Position numbers and translations under genes: made by a program
Shown: one piece after another, positions 1 through 12,885 of the stretch
Numbering within the stretch: position 1 is the first letter of the stretch
How the letters are laid out: the number at the start of each line of letters is the position of its first letter
NCBI GenBank assembly: GCA_043228905.1
Contig: JBHGNT010000016.1
Span: 11,780,001 to 11,844,000 of the forward strand
Length of the DNA: 64,000 nt
Reading direction: 5' to 3'
Source: Azolla caroliniana
Lineage: Eukaryota > Plantae > Polypodiophyta
The notes under the pieces: model-generated
Databases searched by the model: none
Told to the model about the DNA's origin: nothing
The model's input: the letters and a program-made list of their open reading frames with translations, nothing else

Positions 1-2675
1 GTGGATCTGAAGTGCCTCACAATTGCTTTTAAGGTATACGAGAAGCTGCAAGCTACTTATGAAATTACCACGCTTGTAAATCAAGTTCATCTCATGCGTA
101 AGCTCGTGTGTATGCAACTTGATGAGTCAAAAAGTGCAACTGAGCAATTATTTGCCTTTACAGATTAAGCTTAAGGCCATCTTCTTGTTGATGGCATTAC
201 CTGATTCATGGGAAACATTGGTTGTTTCACTCTCGAATAACCCTAATCTTACGTTTGGTATCGTAAGGGGTCCTATTTTGAATGAGGAAGTCAAGTGGAA
301 ATTTAGTGGGGGAAGTGGTTCAGCCAATGTGGCTAGAGGAAGAACATAAAAGAAAAGTGAAAATCTACAGAGGAAAAGGAGCAAAAGCAAAGCCATGGCT
401 AAAGTGACTTGTTATCAATGTGGTCGGAAGGTCATAAGAAGCCTGATTGCAGATCTATAGAGCTGAATTAGAAAGAAAGAACACAGGTAACAAGAAGAAA
501 AGGACAACAAGAATGAAGCATGTAACAACTTTAAGGACAAGCACAACGAGAATGCTAATGTGGGAGGGTGTCATCGTTGAGGAATCGTCAGATGCAAAAA
601 ATATTCTTTATGCTACCATGGAAGTAGATCATGGTGAAGTTAATGATGCTTTTGTGTATATTCATGCACAAGATATGCAAATTACAAAGAGCGATCTAAT
701 TGATGCCTTTCTTACTCTAAATGATGTTTTCTCACAAACTTGGATTGTGGATTCAAGTGCATCATTCACGTTACTCCAATTATGGCGTGTTATACTAATT
801 TCCATGCAAGTAGCCATGGACATGTATATCTTGGAAATAACCATGGTTGTTCTATCGAAGGTATTGGCACAATGGATGGTACTAATGGGCTAGTTTTTGC
901 ATGATGTAAGGTATGTACCAAGCATCAAGAAAAAGCTTATTGTCTATTGGACACATGGATATGCATGGATATATTACCCTCTTGGAGAAAGGGTCATGGA
1001 AGCTTATCAAAGGCTCTAGACTAATTGTTAAAGGTACTCTGTATTGATTGCATAGTAAATCTCTGATGGGCAAGTTTATTTCTTTGGCTGAAATCCATTC
1101 ACATATGGAATTAAGGCATAAAAGGCTAGACCACATGAGCCAAAACGGTTGTTGATGACTACTCTAGGAAGCTTTGGGTATATTTGTTAAAACCTAAGGA
1201 TGAAGCCTTTGATGTAGTTAAGAAATTTCATGCATTTATGTCTACCCAAACAGTTAGAAAGTTAAAAGCTTACACACTGATAATGGGGGTGAGTTTATAA
1301 CTGCTGAATTTAATAGATTTTGAGCGAATCTTGGTATTAAGAAGGATCTAACAGTCCCATACAGCCCCTCTTCCAATGGTGTGGCTGAAAGGTATAACAA
1401 GACTTTATGTGAGAGGGTGAGATGCATATTGTCTAGAGTTAAATCTCCCTCATGGATTTTGGGGAGAGGCCTTGAAAACTGCAGTTTGTGTTTGCAATAG
1501 ATCCCCTCATATGTCGTTAAAAGGTGGCATTCCTGAAAAGGTTTGGTCTGACAAATCAGCTTCATATGACCACCACCTATGCATCTTTGGCAGTGATGCT
1601 TTTGTGCATATAAAGCCTAAGTTAAGAAGCTAGTTAGACGCAAAGTCCATGAAAGGAATCTTTATGGGTTATGGAGATGAAGGTGAAACAGGCTACAGGA
1701 TTTGGCTACCTCAACTCAAGAAGGTAATCGCAGCCGAGATGTATTTAATGAGGCAAGTCTCATAAAAAATGATTATGCCTCTGAGAGTGAACATAAAAGA
1801 GTCAAATTTTAGAATAATTTAATGCACTCTGAATGCTCTAAAACAGAAGCTGAACTTTGCATTCTCAATGAAAGACCTTGGGGAAGCTGAGCATATTATG
1901 GGTATGCGAACAAACAGGAATAGGCAGCAGTATACTTTGCATTTATCCCAAGGAAAGTACATTGAAAAAGTGCTGGACAGATTTAAAGTGGCTGATGCTA
2001 AGTCTCTTGGAGTGCCATTGTAGCCACATGTTAGGCTTTCCAAGGATGATTGTCCCAAAGATGATGATGTAGCCAATTACATGACGATTGTTCCATATGC
2101 ATGAGCTTGTGGTTCACTTATGATTGCCACTCAGCCAGATATTGCTCATACAGTTGGAGTTGTTTGCAGGCTCATGGCTAATCCTGGTAGAGCTCATTGG
2201 GAGGCAATCAAATCTACCTTGAGAAAAATGAAAGGGACCAAAGATAAATTGCTATGTTACAGAAAGGGTCCATTAGAGTTAAAAGGATTTTTTGATTCCG
2301 ACATGGCAAGTGATGTGGATACAAGCAAGTCTACAAGTGGCCATGCCTAATCACTTTGATCAAAGTCAATACTTCACAAAATCTTGCAAATGCTCTCACC
2401 AAGTGTCTACCCAAGGCACAACATCAGCTATATATACAGATGGAGGGAGTTACTTAGCTTAAAGGAGGATTTTGTGATTCAGACATGGCAGGTGATGTGG
2501 ATACACGCAAGTCCACAAGTGGCCATGCCTAATCATGTTGATCAAGGTCAATACTTCATAGAATCTTGCAGATGCTCTCACAAAGCGTCTACCCAAGGCA
2601 CAACATCAGCTATATATACAGATGGTGGAAGTTACTTCGCTTAAAGGAGCTTCCTTGTCCCTTTAAGTGGGAGGT
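1..2675 (+). mobile_element. Degenerate Ty1/copia internal region (gag, zinc knuckle, protease, integrase, partial RT/RNase H), 5' end outside window
   Basis: Fragments LMALPDSWETLVVSLSN (gag), CYQCG knuckle (~410), WIVDSSASF (protease), TDNGGEF and NGVAERYN (integrase, ~1275-1400), MKDLG and FFDSDMASDVDTSKSTSG (RT/RH). Many stops, frameshifts and internal deletions. PPT aagtgggaggt at 2665-2675 followed by TG at 2676 (probable 3' LTR start, end not resolved). Confidence 0.9.
2285..2648 (+). repeat. Tandem duplication (2 x ~182 bp) of the deleted RNase H segment
   Basis: ggatttt..gattc(c/a)gacatggca..ttaaagga occurs at 2285-2466 and 2467-2648 with scattered substitutions. Confidence 0.9.
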
Positions 2676-4660
2676 TGTGAAGGATAACAGCCCCAAGGAT
2701 TCTCCTTTTTGTATATTTTTACCCTTCCATGTGAAAGCTCCCTTCGAGAGCTTTCTAGACATATCTTTACTATAGGCATCTACATTCTCTTTATCATTTT
2801 TGGACATTGGCCATTTATGAACATACCCAAATGACCTAAAAGTTACTTATCAATAAGAATTAGTCCCAAATCTCAAATAACGAGATAGGGACTTTTAGCG
2901 ACTAGGGTTTTCTGTCCATTTTTCTACACAATTTTCTCTACTTTCTCAGTCCTCACCCAACGGCCCACACTCCCTTGGTGTTTTGGAGCAACTGATCATG
3001 CCATCATCTCTCTTTCAGAAAAGAGCAGCCAATCAATGTGAAAGTTCCAAAAACATTTCATCATGAGAGGCCATAAAATGCATTGTTCAGATCAAAGCTG
3101 AGGAAGCATCTGCAAAATCCTTCCTGAACACAGCATACAACTATGTGTCATACTGCACTCTCCAAGTGTGCTTGTTCCCCCCGCCCCTCCTCTCTCGCTA
3201 ACGGCGAGTATCCATAAAATCAATCAGTGGTAATAAACAGAGTTATCTTTGAAAACAAGAATATGCTGCCCCTCTGACATTAAATATGCAAGACCTTCCA
3301 CAACTTTTATGGCTCAAAGGCAGAACTACCATGTTACAGCTCAAATCAGAATATGTGGTTCACTCTTCCAATCTACCTTCCTACATTTCTTTTCCACAGA
3401 TCTACAGGTATCTGAAGGTATCCAAAGATGCATACAAATTTTGATCATTGCAATCACCAACTGACAAAGTCATATTGTGTCATAAGATTCGGAGTTGTAA
3501 AGTTAGTTGGAGTCTTGGGATTCACTTATTTACATTTCTTGATTTGTGCTCCAAGTTTAATTCTTAAGCTCTGTAAAAATTTTGGTTTACTCTAATTGAG
3601 TTGCAACCACCTTGATATAGGTTATGTGAATAAGTTATAACAAGGGCCTAACTATCAACAACACACAGGTTATACAAATTAGAAATGTCTTCTATGATTG
3701 GTCTTGTTTCAGCTAATGTAATCAAATACTGAAGCAAACATAAATGAATCAGTCGAAGTGCCATAACACCGAAAAGACTTCAGTAAATAAAGAGTGAAAG
3801 TTCGGGATCTATTTCAAAAGCTAAGTTGCTGAACTTCTAAGGTCAGTTATCTACAACATTGAATATATTGACTAAATTGGTGTGTATTTAATATACCATA
3901 AAAAAAACATTATTATTAAAAACCCTAGTTTTTATGAGCCTGCTTCTGATGGGATGTGATCATCACATCCAATAAAATTGGGGGTGTTTTAGGAAAACCC
4001 ATTAGCTTACGGAAAAAATAAGGGATAGCATCATGCATATTACTAGTATGTCAGAAAACAGAGGAGAAGGAAACAAGAGAAACATGTTCCCTACTCTGAA
4101 ACAATAGAATTCTATTCATACAAACACATACTCACATGGACCAATAAATATAAACAAAAGATATTTTAAATATTTATAAAAGGATTCCCCAAAAGAAAAG
4201 AAAAAACAGCAACAGAAGGAAGATACCTCGCATTTTTTACTGAAACAAAATGTACCAAAAATGTTAGTATGCAGTGTTGTGCCAGCAAAACATGGAGTTG
4301 GGTAGTGATGGAAGACATCTATGCAGAGAAACGGTGGAATACCTAGGCTGATGATCATACCAAAGAGATGGGGAGTTCATATTCAAAAAGATATGCATAT
4401 TTTTATATTATTTCTCTATGAAAAGCCTACTAAATCCATTAAACAAACTTTTGAAACCTGTCAAAATACTAGAAAGTCTTAAATAAATGTTTTGGAAAAA
4501 ACAAATTTCAATCTAGTTTCGCTCTAAGAAGCAATGGAAACAAACCAGTTTGGTAATTTCTTGTAATTAAATCACAAAAGACACATGGTGTTTTCTCTTG
4601 AAAATCACAAAATATGTACAGTGTTTCTAATGAATTTTAACATTATCTGTATCAATTTAC

Positions 4661-4938
4661 CTGGAAGTCTTCCTCGAGCCGAATCACTTGGATCGCTTCT
4701 TCTATGCTTAGCTTGCCACGGGCGACAGCCATAGCAACTACGAGGGACTTTGATGCTGCTGAGAGGGCATCCACTGCTGTTAATTGCCAATTATTGGCTT
4801 TCCTTAAGGCTTTTTCCAATGCCTCCACAACTTCATCGGGTTGGTTATCAACCAGAATATTTGTTGAATGACTTGGTCTATGACCAAACTCTTTCTCTAT
4901 CCAATCCAACAAAGGATTCAATACATCCGCTTGCAATT
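4661..4938 (-). CDS. ATP12: ATP12 exon 3 (gene continues; final exon not seen)
   Basis: ttgcAG acceptor; ELQADVLNPLLDWIEKEFG...AASKSLVVAMAV...EEAIQVIRLEEDFQ; donor CAG|GTAAAT at 4661/4660. Confidence 0.92.
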
Positions 4939-5360
4939 CTGCAACAGCATTTCATGAATCACATGTTACAGCATGTTGATGTAGTCTTCATGAAAAAAGA
5001 GCTACAGACTACTCTGCTTTGGTGCGTTGATGTAAAAACGAATAAAAAATCCTTAAAATACGCCTCACAAACTGTTCAGAAATATGTAGCTTTATTCACC
5101 ATAAACCTCTAACACCTTGACTGCTATTGGTTTTAAGGTAAATAGCAAATCAAAAGTCTTCTTTTCCCCTACAAAAAAAGTATACCATCTATGTGCTTTA
5201 TATTCCCCTTCAAATTATGTATGTGAATTCGATCTAATGGGATATGATAATTCTTCTCGATAATGGCAGTAAAAAAAAACAGCGAATAGGGCTGTAATCA
5301 ACTAAAAGTACAAACATGTATCACAGTGTTACATTCCAAAAGTTATGTTTAATAACATAC

Positions 5361-5523
5361 CACCAAGAGGAGAATCATCTCTATCACGACAACAGACAGC
5401 ATCTGTGTGGAAAAACTCTAGCAGGTTCTTTATAATTTTCTCCCTTTCTTTTGGCACTTTATCAATGGCAGTGGATGTGAGCTTCATTAAAGGCATGGTG
5501 AAGGGTCTAATGGCTTCTTGATC
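5361..5523 (-). CDS. ATP12: ATP12 exon 2
   Basis: ttttgtAG acceptor; translates DQEAIRPFTMPLMKLTSTAIDKVPKEREKIIKNLLEFFHTDAVCCRDRDDSPLG; donor G|GTATGT; in phase with exons 1 and 3. Not in the ORF track. Confidence 0.92.
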
Positions 5524-5649
5524 CTACAAAAAGAAAACGACAATGCCCATGAGGAGACAGCATCACACTCACAAGTGATTAGAGCATTACCTTTTGCATG
5601 CAAGCATACATATCATTCTAAATGCAAAAATGTGTTGGTAGAGAGGAAC

Positions 5650-6051
5650 CTGATACTCCCACTCGGCTGCGATGGCATGAGCGAGGGCAAATGAGGGAAC
5701 CTTGAGCTGCTTCTTGGAGGGGGTCTTCAGAATACGATTATCCAGCATTACCACGTAGCCATCCTCATCCTCCGGGGAAGCAGGAGCTCTGGCGGCATAG
5801 GCGCGCTTGTAGAAGCGGCGGCCGATGGATGGCCCACTAAGGGCCGATGCAGGCATCTGCGCTGATGCTTCTCGGAGGTTCTCCCCCTCCTCCTCTCTCA
5901 TGGGTTTGGCTGCCGATGATGATGATGATGATAATGACGACGATGCTTGCTGTGAGAAGAGCCTAGTGATGGCAGTGCCGGCCCTCTCCCCGCTGCTAAG
6001 AGGAAGAAGGAGAAGCTTCTTCTTACTCCCGATGCCCCGCCATAGATGCAT
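5650..6051 (-). CDS. ATP12: ATP12/ATPAF2 mitochondrial F1-ATPase assembly chaperone, exon 1
   Basis: ATG at 6051. Ser/Arg-rich transit-peptide-like N-terminus, then RRFYK...GYVVMLDNRILKTPSKKQLKVPSFALAHAIAAEWEYQ, typical of ATP12. Donor CAG|GT at 5650/5649. Confidence 0.93.
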
Positions 6052-6186
6052 CACGCACGCTGCTTCTGCTCCTGCTGCTGCCTCACTGCAAGTTTTATTA
6101 TGTAAGGAAGCAAGAAGGAAAAAAGATGAAACAGGTGCAGGGCAGGGCAGGGCATTTTATTTTATAGTGTACATACTTCAGTATGA

Positions 6187-6256
6187 TTGAATGAATGAAT
6201 GAATGCATATACATACATACATGCATACACACATACATACATACATACATACACAT
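6187..6256. repeat. Compound (GAAT)n/(ACAT)n microsatellite upstream of ATP12
   Basis: tgaatgaatgaatgaat followed by catacatacat repeats. Confidence 0.9.
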
Positions 6257-6779
6257 AAGAAGAAGCAAACCAAAGAAACAAGAGATATAGACAGACATGA
6301 TTGCTACTGGTTTCTTATTATCATTATTATTACTAGTCTTATTCTAACATGTACATGATGAATGGATGGCGTGTGGTGTATGTAAGTACCAAGACGAAGG
6401 GGCTTTTTATTGTGGGGATCGGGGGCAGACGTTGTTGTGTTGTTCGTGCGTTACGCTCACTCTCTTGCTCAACCTTTTCGGGCATACATCGTAAAAAGTA
6501 AACATTATCGATGATATACAACCTCAAAAAGTTTCAACTCTACCTATTAATAGGCTTGATGTTTCTTTTTCTGTATGGATCACCAATCACTTTTATAATT
6601 GATGAACAAGATCGATGTTGTGAATAGGATATCCTGTCAGCCTCTATTGGAGTTTCGTTTAAAAATCTTTGTATAGAAAGTGAGGGATCACGTATTGGCA
6701 TACTATTTCTCTCACCTAACTAGTGGTCAAGGCCCCTCTAGCATTGATAATGAAGCACCATTTCTCTTGTTTGAGCCCT

Positions 6780-7080
6780 AACCTAAGGGCTCTTGTTCCT
6801 TTATCAACTATGTAAAGAGATTGCTAGATAAGTCTTACACCATTGTGAGTTTTTCATCATGACACTAGGACACCTCTACAAAGCAAAGAACATATCTTAT
6901 AATGATGCATATTAGAGCATTAGATTATATTGGTGATTGAGGTACATGCATTAGACCTAACATCACCACATGTAAGATCCTCTAGCTAGGTTTATGGTGT
7001 TCCACAATGTTTTAAGACACATATGAGTATGTGAAACATTGTGATGAGTTCCAAAGGCACAAACGCGCTAAAGGTCGATC
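6780..7080 (+). pseudogene. Highly decayed gypsy integrase zinc-binding fragment
   Basis: KIL*LGLWCPTMF*DTYEYVKHCDEFQR at ~6975-7060 resembles the HHCC region (GLWWPTMFKD..YVK.CD.CQR). Confidence 0.6.
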
Positions 7081-7174
7081 ACAACTCCATGGTAATGGAA
7101 TTTGAGAGAGGGAACACTTGACAATCGACTCTACTACAATACATCAAGGGGCAAAACATGTAATCATGTAAGCA

Positions 7175-7556
7175 TGTAAAGAATCAAGAGATGGATTCTT
7201 GTGAAGCGGAATAGGTGTGAACTGTGTGTGTATGTGTGTGTATGAGAGAGAGAGAGAGAGAGAGACAGAGTATACGCAAGGTTAAGTATATTAGCAAAGG
7301 AGAAAGACTCAACATGATACAAGGTGGGAGGAGGGTGCTTTATGTAGTCACCCTCTCTCTTCATTAACTACAAGGCTCATGGAGCATGGGGAATGTGAAA
7401 GCTCATAAGTTATGTGTCATATAATATGATTCTATGAATCATACTAAATGCTAGAATACAAAGTGGTGACATAATGGTGACTCTTGACCGTTGAAGTGTC
7501 TCTTCACTCTCAAGGTGAGTTCACACACTAGACCACGTTGAGCTTGATTCTCAATA
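7175..7556 (-). repeat. 3' LTR of copia 7175-12563
   Basis: Matches 12184-12563 with a handful of substitutions; contains (GT)n(GA)n; adjacent PPT agcttgagggggcg (7557-7570). Confidence 0.97.
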
Positions 7557-7782
7557 CGCCCCCTCAAGCTCAAGTCGGGTTGGTTTCAGATGGTATCCGA
7601 AATCCGCTTTAATTCACGTTCGGGAGTCCGCGTCGACTCGCTTTATGCGGAGTTGCGGAATCCATGCTCCTGCTTGCATTGTGCGTAGTTGCAAAGTCTG
7701 TGCTTCGGTTTGCGTCTTTCTTCGCGGCTTTGCGTGGTAGATCGGCTCTTCGCTGCTTTGTTGCGTGGTTGCGATCCACGCG

Positions 7783-10700
7783 TTATTGCGTAGTGTCTTG
7801 TGTACTCCCCCTCAAGCTTGGTAGGTCAGGGATCATTAATCCGAGATTGGTCATGAATTGCCATAGCTTGTCGGCCCCTAAGGCTTTAGTGAAGATGTCA
7901 GCCGTTTGAAGATTGGTGCTTATGTGTTGTAGGTCGACATCGCCAGCCAGAATGCGCTCTCGAATGAAGTGATAGTGCAGTTCAATGTGCTTTGTCCGCA
8001 CGTGGAACACCGGGTTCCGAGCCAGATAGATACTGCTCATGTTGTCACAGTAAAGGGAAGTCAGACCCTTGATGGGTACGCCCAGATCCTTCAAAATCCT
8101 CTTGAGCCATACGGCTTCACACGTAGCTACGTCTGCGCCCCTGTATTCCGCCTCCGTACTCGAAAGAGCGACGATGGGCTGCTTCTTGCTACTCCAGGAT
8201 ATTGCTCCGCTACCGAGGGAGAAAACAAATCCGGAGGTTGATCTTCTATCAGCTTTGTAGCCGACCCAATCTGCGTCTGTGTACCCCTCGAGTCATATTG
8301 GCATCGCGATCTTGTAGAGGATGCCATAATCCATTGTGCCGCTCACGTATCGTAGAACTCGCTTAGCGCCATCCAAGTGAGTATCACGCGGTGTTTGCAT
8401 GAATTGGCTAAGGAGACCGACCGGATAACTGAGATCGGGTCGAGTGATCATGAGGTAGATGAGACTCTCGATGAGTTGCCGATACTGAGTCGGCTCACAT
8501 GCTTTGGTGCTAGAGTGCGCATCTAGTTTGAGATTACGATCGAGTGGGGTTGCCATGGATTTGCACTCAGCCATCCCGAACTTGTATAACAGGTTGAGGA
8601 TGTAGTGCCGTTGAGAGATCATGATTCCGGCCGGAGTTTGAATTACCTCGATGCCGAGGAAGTAGTGGAGCTCCTTCATGTCCGTCATCTCGAACTTGTC
8701 GGAAAGGAGGGATTTGACCTTATTGATTTCGACGAGATGCTCACCTCCAATGACTAGGTCATCCACATATAAGATGATGACGATCGAACTTGCGGAATCA
8801 CTTCTTATGTAGAGGGAGTTGTCTGATTTTGACATACGAAACCCAATTTGATGAAGATATTGCGTTATCTTCGAATGCCAAGCACGCGGTGCTTGCTTGA
8901 GGCCGTAGAGTGGCTTCTTGAGTCGGCATACGGCTTTTGGATGAGTGCTCGAGTTGAAGCCGGGTGGTTGGATCATGTACACCTCCTCTTCTAATTCGCC
9001 TTGTAGAAAGGCGTTCTTGACGTCCATTTGATGGAGGTGCCACCCTTTCGCTGCGGCAAACGCAATTACGGTTCGCACCGTCGTCATCTTTGCCACCGGG
9101 GCAAAGGTCTCTTCGTAGTCGACGCCATGTGTCTGAGCGTATCCTTTCGCTACGAGTCGAGCTTTGTAGCGGTTGACGGAACCATCCGCGTTGTACTTCA
9201 CTTTGTAGATCCATCTGCATCCGATCGCCTTTTTGTGTGATCCATCGCGGGTCCTTCGCGGCTTCCGAAAAGGTTTCCAGCTCCCGTACTGTCGCTACCT
9301 TCATCATAAAGGCGTAATGGTACGCCATGTAATTGTTGTAGCCGAATCGGCTTACGGGGTTCTTTTCACGAGTGGATCGGTGGAGCTTTTCATTTGCAGA
9401 AATGAGGGCTTTCTTAGCACCGATTGGTACCTCGAAGCCGCCGAACTCACTGTCGAGTGAGTGAGTTGACTCATCGTCAATGAAGCAATCATCTTCGTAT
9501 TCCGCCATTTTCGCCTTGCCTTTGTCCATCTTCGGGCTAGGCCGTGATGTGCTTTGATCGCTCAAAGGCTCTTGTGGTCCGCTCAATCGGGTCGTGATCG
9601 GACTTTCTTCGAACATGCGCGTAAGATGATCTTCATTCTCTATCTCTTGTTCAGTGGATTCTGGGTCGAGCGGAGTCAGAGGCGAAGTTGTCTCTGGTGC
9701 GTACCAGGATGCTGACTCGTCAAAGACGATGTCTCAACTTACCCGAGATTTTCGAGTTGAGGGGTTGTAGCACTTGTACCCCTTTTGCTCCAGTGAGTAT
9801 CCTACGAGGATACATTTCTCCGACTTCGGGTCGAGCTTTTGACGTTTCTCGTCGGGGATGTGCACGTATGCAATGGAGCCGAATACCCGAACATGTGATA
9901 GGTGCAGCTTCTTTCTGAAGAATCTTTCGTGCGGAGTGACCTTGTGCACGCCGGATGTTGTGCACCAGTTCATTAGGTAGACGGCCGTATTTGCCGCTTC
10001 GGCCCAATATGACTTGGGCATATGCTTCTCGTTCATCATGGCCCACGCTACTTCGAGGATGTGCCGATTTTTGCGCTCGGCTACTCCATTTTGTTGTGGA
10101 GTGTGTCGGCAAGTGAATTCTCGCCGAATTCCTTCCTTTCGGAGATACGTCGTGAAATCATCCGAGAAGTACTCCTTGCCGCCATCTGATCGAAGACATC
10201 GTACATGTCGGCTCGTGGCTTTCTCGACTTCATTCTTGAACTTTTGGAAGTGTCCGAACACTTCGCTCTTTTGCCGCATCGGGTAGATCCAAGTGTGCCT
10301 AGAAAAGTCGTCGATGAAGAGCACGTAATACTGGCATCCGCCGAATGTCACCGTTTGGGCCGAACCCCATACATCGGAATGAATTACGTCGAGTACACCT
10401 TTGCTCACATTCCGCTCCTTCGGGAATGGGTGTCGATGTTGCTTGCCGAATTGGCACGCTTCACATACACCTTCAATCTCCTTCTCTTTGAATGTTGGGA
10501 GTCCGATGACGACTCCTTTCGACTTCATTGCTTTGAGTTTGTTGAGATTGATGTGGCCGATTCGCTTATGCCATAGCTCTATGTTGGAGTCGGCTTTCGT
10601 GCTTTTCGCGAACATGGCGGATTTCATCTCGTGTGAATCAAGAATGAACATCCGGCCCTCTCTTCTTCCGCATGTGATGATTCGGCCTTCTTTTTCGATG

Positions 10701-12012
10701 AAGCACCCTTCTTGGTCGAATCGTACTTGCATCCCTTGCTCAACCATTTGGCTGACCGAGACCAAATTCTTTGTGATGGTGGGAACATGCAAGACATTTT
10801 TAATGTATGTTTGCTTACCTCTTTCGCCGAACGGAACATTGCCGATGTGCCGAATCGGGTGCGTAGTGTCATCTCCGGTTTCAACATAACCGGGTCGCTC
10901 CGGCTCTCGAAGATCGAGAAACCATTCTTTATGGGATGTCATATGATTTGAGGCTCCGGAGTCTACAAACCATACATCCTCCGGATTGAGGGCACTAGTT
11001 GAGGTAGAGGCCGACATAGAGTTTGCTCTATGTTTCATCATGAACATTCCGCCACGGTCGGAGTTCCATGCATACATTCCGCCACGATCTTCGTAGTCGG
11101 AGTTGTGCCCGTACATTCCGCTACACTCTTCGTAGTCGGAATTGTGCGCGTAATTCGTGAGTTGTCGGCTTGTGGAAGCCGATTCACGCATCTTCTTTCG
11201 ACACTCTTCTTCGTGGTGGCCGAGCTTTTCGCAATATCCGCATTCGGTTGCGTTTTGACGGCTCGGCCGGAGTGGAAGCTCCCCCTTCTTGCGAAGGTTC
11301 CTCGTTGGCCTCCGTTTTGCGGCCGAAGTTGGGAGTTGTTATCGTAGGTCGGACCTCATCCGCCTTGTCCTTGGCCAAATCGGCCTCTCGCTCGTCCGCG
11401 TCCTCTTCCTCCATTAGAGTGTGTGTAGAGCATGTGGCCTTCCGACTCATTGCTCCTTGTACGCACATGGTTTTCTTTGACCAATAGCATTGATTGGAGC
11501 TCGAAGAAGGAGGGAGATTTCTCCCGTGCTAGAACGGCGGTTCGCATCGCGCCGAACCGCGGTGCGAGGCCACCGAGGCATATTTGCACCATCTCATCAT
11601 CACCTATACTTACGCTTATTGAGTCGAGCGAGTCGCAAAGCTCCTTGATCTTCAAGGTATATGTCGTGATGGACATGTCCCTTTGTTGAATGTTGTTCAA
11701 CTCTTGGCGGAGTTGAAGCTTCCTCGCGGTCGTGTTGGCGGCGAAAATCTTTCATAGATTTTCCCATGCTTCCTTCTCGAATGTAACCGAGCATGTGGTC
11801 GTGAACACATGTTGCCAAACAATACATCACGCGGCTTGCTCCCATGTTGCGTATCCGGGAGCCGCTTCGGCGGGTCGGTCTTCATGCGCTCCTTTGATGT
11901 AGCTCCAATAGCCTTGTCCGACAAGGTATTGGTGCATCTTGTACTCCCAAGATGCGAAGTTGTTTCGATCCAACTTCTCGGTAGGGAGAGCGCTCCCCAT
12001 TTGAGTATTCAT
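7783..12012 (-). pseudogene. Copia gag-pol polyprotein, disrupted
   Basis: EKLDRNNFASWEYKM (gag), WFVDSGASNHM (PR), SDGGKEY and QQNGVAERKNR (INT), YKARLVAKG and LYVDD (RT), [21 protein letters not shown] (RH). Deletion at the RT start (~9240) and several stops/frameshifts. Confidence 0.95.
11040..11155 (-). repeat. In-frame ~39-bp tandem repeat between gag and protease
   Basis: Encodes HNSDYEECSGMYG/HNSDYEDRGGMYA/WNSDRGGMF. Confidence 0.85.
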
Positions 12013-12170
12013 TATTTCGATTCTTCTTCTTCTTCTTCTTCTTCTTCTTCTCTCTTTGAATGCGAGCTATGTAGCGAAGCTACGATAGCGATGAGCTGGT
12101 TCTTGGTCGTCGGCGTGGAGCACAACACACGATCACGATGAGGTGAATGGGCTAGATCAAGCTACCAAAT

Positions 12171-12183
12171 CACTCTGATACCA
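12171..12183 (-). promoter_or_regulatory. PBS (tRNA-iMet)
   Basis: Reverse complement tggtatcagagtg directly abuts the 5' LTR. Confidence 0.93.
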
Positions 12184-12563
12184 TGTAAAGAATCAAGAGA
12201 TGGATTCTTGTGAAGCGGAATAGGTGTGAACTGTGTGTGTATGTGTGTGTATGAGAGAGAGAGAGAGAGAGACAGAGTATACGCAAGGTTAAGTATATTA
12301 GCAAAGGAGAAAGACTCAACATGATACAAGGTGGGAGGAGGGTGATTTATGTAGTCACCCTCTCTCTTCATTAACTACAAGGCTCATGGAGCATGGGGAA
12401 TGTGAAAGCTCATAAGTTATGTGTCATAGAATATGATTCTATGAATCATACTAAATGCTAGAATACAAAGTGGTGACATAATGGTGACTCTTGACCGTTG
12501 AAATGTCTCTTCACTCTCAAGGTGAGTTCACACACTAGACCACGTTGAGATTGATTCTCAACA
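12184..12563 (-). repeat. 5' LTR of copia 7175-12563
   Basis: TG..CA termini; pair of 7175-7556. Confidence 0.97.
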
Positions 12564-12885
12564 AAGCACATATAGGAAACGCTCAATGGTCGGCTCAACC
12601 ACAACTCTCAAAGAGGTAGGCTTTGGGATCACACGGATAGGTATGGGAAACACACGAATGAGTAGCTAGCCAACTACCAATTGAATCGGCCCACAACAGC
12701 ACGCAAAGAGGTTGAACACACAATCACATGAAGGGGCCTACCACACCTCAGCTTTAGGTCCCAAACCTAGGCTTTGGCACCCGAGCCTAGCTTTCACATT
12801 TGACCTTCACTTTTTTCATAACACACCCACACACGAAGTTAACATTTTCACATATACCTACACCATAAAATAAACATTTATACGT

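Larger units (their letters stand above)
7175..12563 (-). mobile_element. Full-length (mutated) Ty1/copia element
   Basis: Near-identical LTRs 7175-7556 and 12184-12563, 5-bp TSD AAGCA (7170-7174, 12564-12568), Met-tRNA PBS tggtatcagag, PPT, domain order gag-PR-INT-RT-RH. Confidence 0.97.

Noticed and set aside
2861-2906. Hairpin (agtccc..gggact) followed ~9 nt later by CTAG, like a Helitron 3' end
   Set aside because: Next base is G rather than T, the stem is imperfect and no 5' TC end or second copy was seen.
3040-3115. ttttgcag acceptor-like site as candidate ATP12 last exon
   Set aside because: In phase it gives only MLPQL-stop, without the conserved ATP12 C-terminus.
3952-3970. Palindrome ggatgtgat-c-atcacatcc in the intron
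   Set aside because: Short and isolated; no TSD or partner termini established.
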